From an uncultured Brachyspira sp. (GTDB lineage Bacteria; Spirochaetota; Brachyspiria; Brachyspirales; Brachyspiraceae), in NCBI GenBank assembly GCA_964619175.1, contig CAZUEE010000002.1:1-61656 (forward strand): a DNA stretch of 61,656 nucleotides, in the 5' to 3' direction. Position numbers and translations under genes: made by a program. Numbering within the stretch: position 1 is the first letter of the stretch; each line of letters opens with the position of its first letter. The notes below the pieces were generated by a model that made no database searches, was not told the origin of the DNA, and was given only the letters and a program-made list of their open reading frames with translations. This document shows, in pieces, positions 61,613 to 61,656 of this stretch.

Positions 61613-61656
61613 TATTGTATTGTATTGTATTGTATTGTATTGTATTGTATTGTATT
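61613..61656 (-). repeat. Simple sequence repeat (CAATA)n, at least 8 units, cut by the window edge
   Basis: Read directly as (tattg)n on the + strand. Confidence 0.97.

Overview
Very AT-rich bacterial chromosomal window, most likely from a Brachyspira-type intestinal spirochaete (inferred from spirochaete-style lipoprotein signals, flgL-fliW-csrA, a giant membrane-anchored coiled-coil protein and simple sequence repeats). In order: a partial TPR gene; an 11-kb sulfated-sugar/organosulfur cluster (sugar ABC, sulfatase, radical-SAM maturase, TauE exporter, sulfonate-type ABC, propeller hydrolase); a 14-kb coiled-coil gene with a 2217-bp tandem duplication of shifted base composition; HPr, GntP permease, dut and two lipoproteins; a double-length UvrA; a small Cys/His repeat protein; csrA, fliW, flgL and murD; a mannose-family PTS/MurQ operon; a pst operon with fused PstC-PstA; a YafQ-type toxin-antitoxin cassette between direct repeats, with a frameshifted toxin; a ketosynthase/hotdog pair; a YbtPQ-like ABC pair; DsbD, RpiB, a thioesterase and a large membrane protein. 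The best candidate for an undescribed system is two independent leaders in which a stop-free 7-mer or 5-mer repeat lies in a leader reading frame and only one of the three exit frames reaches the downstream gene start, suggesting phase variation by translational coupling. All calls come from manual reading; no database searches were run.
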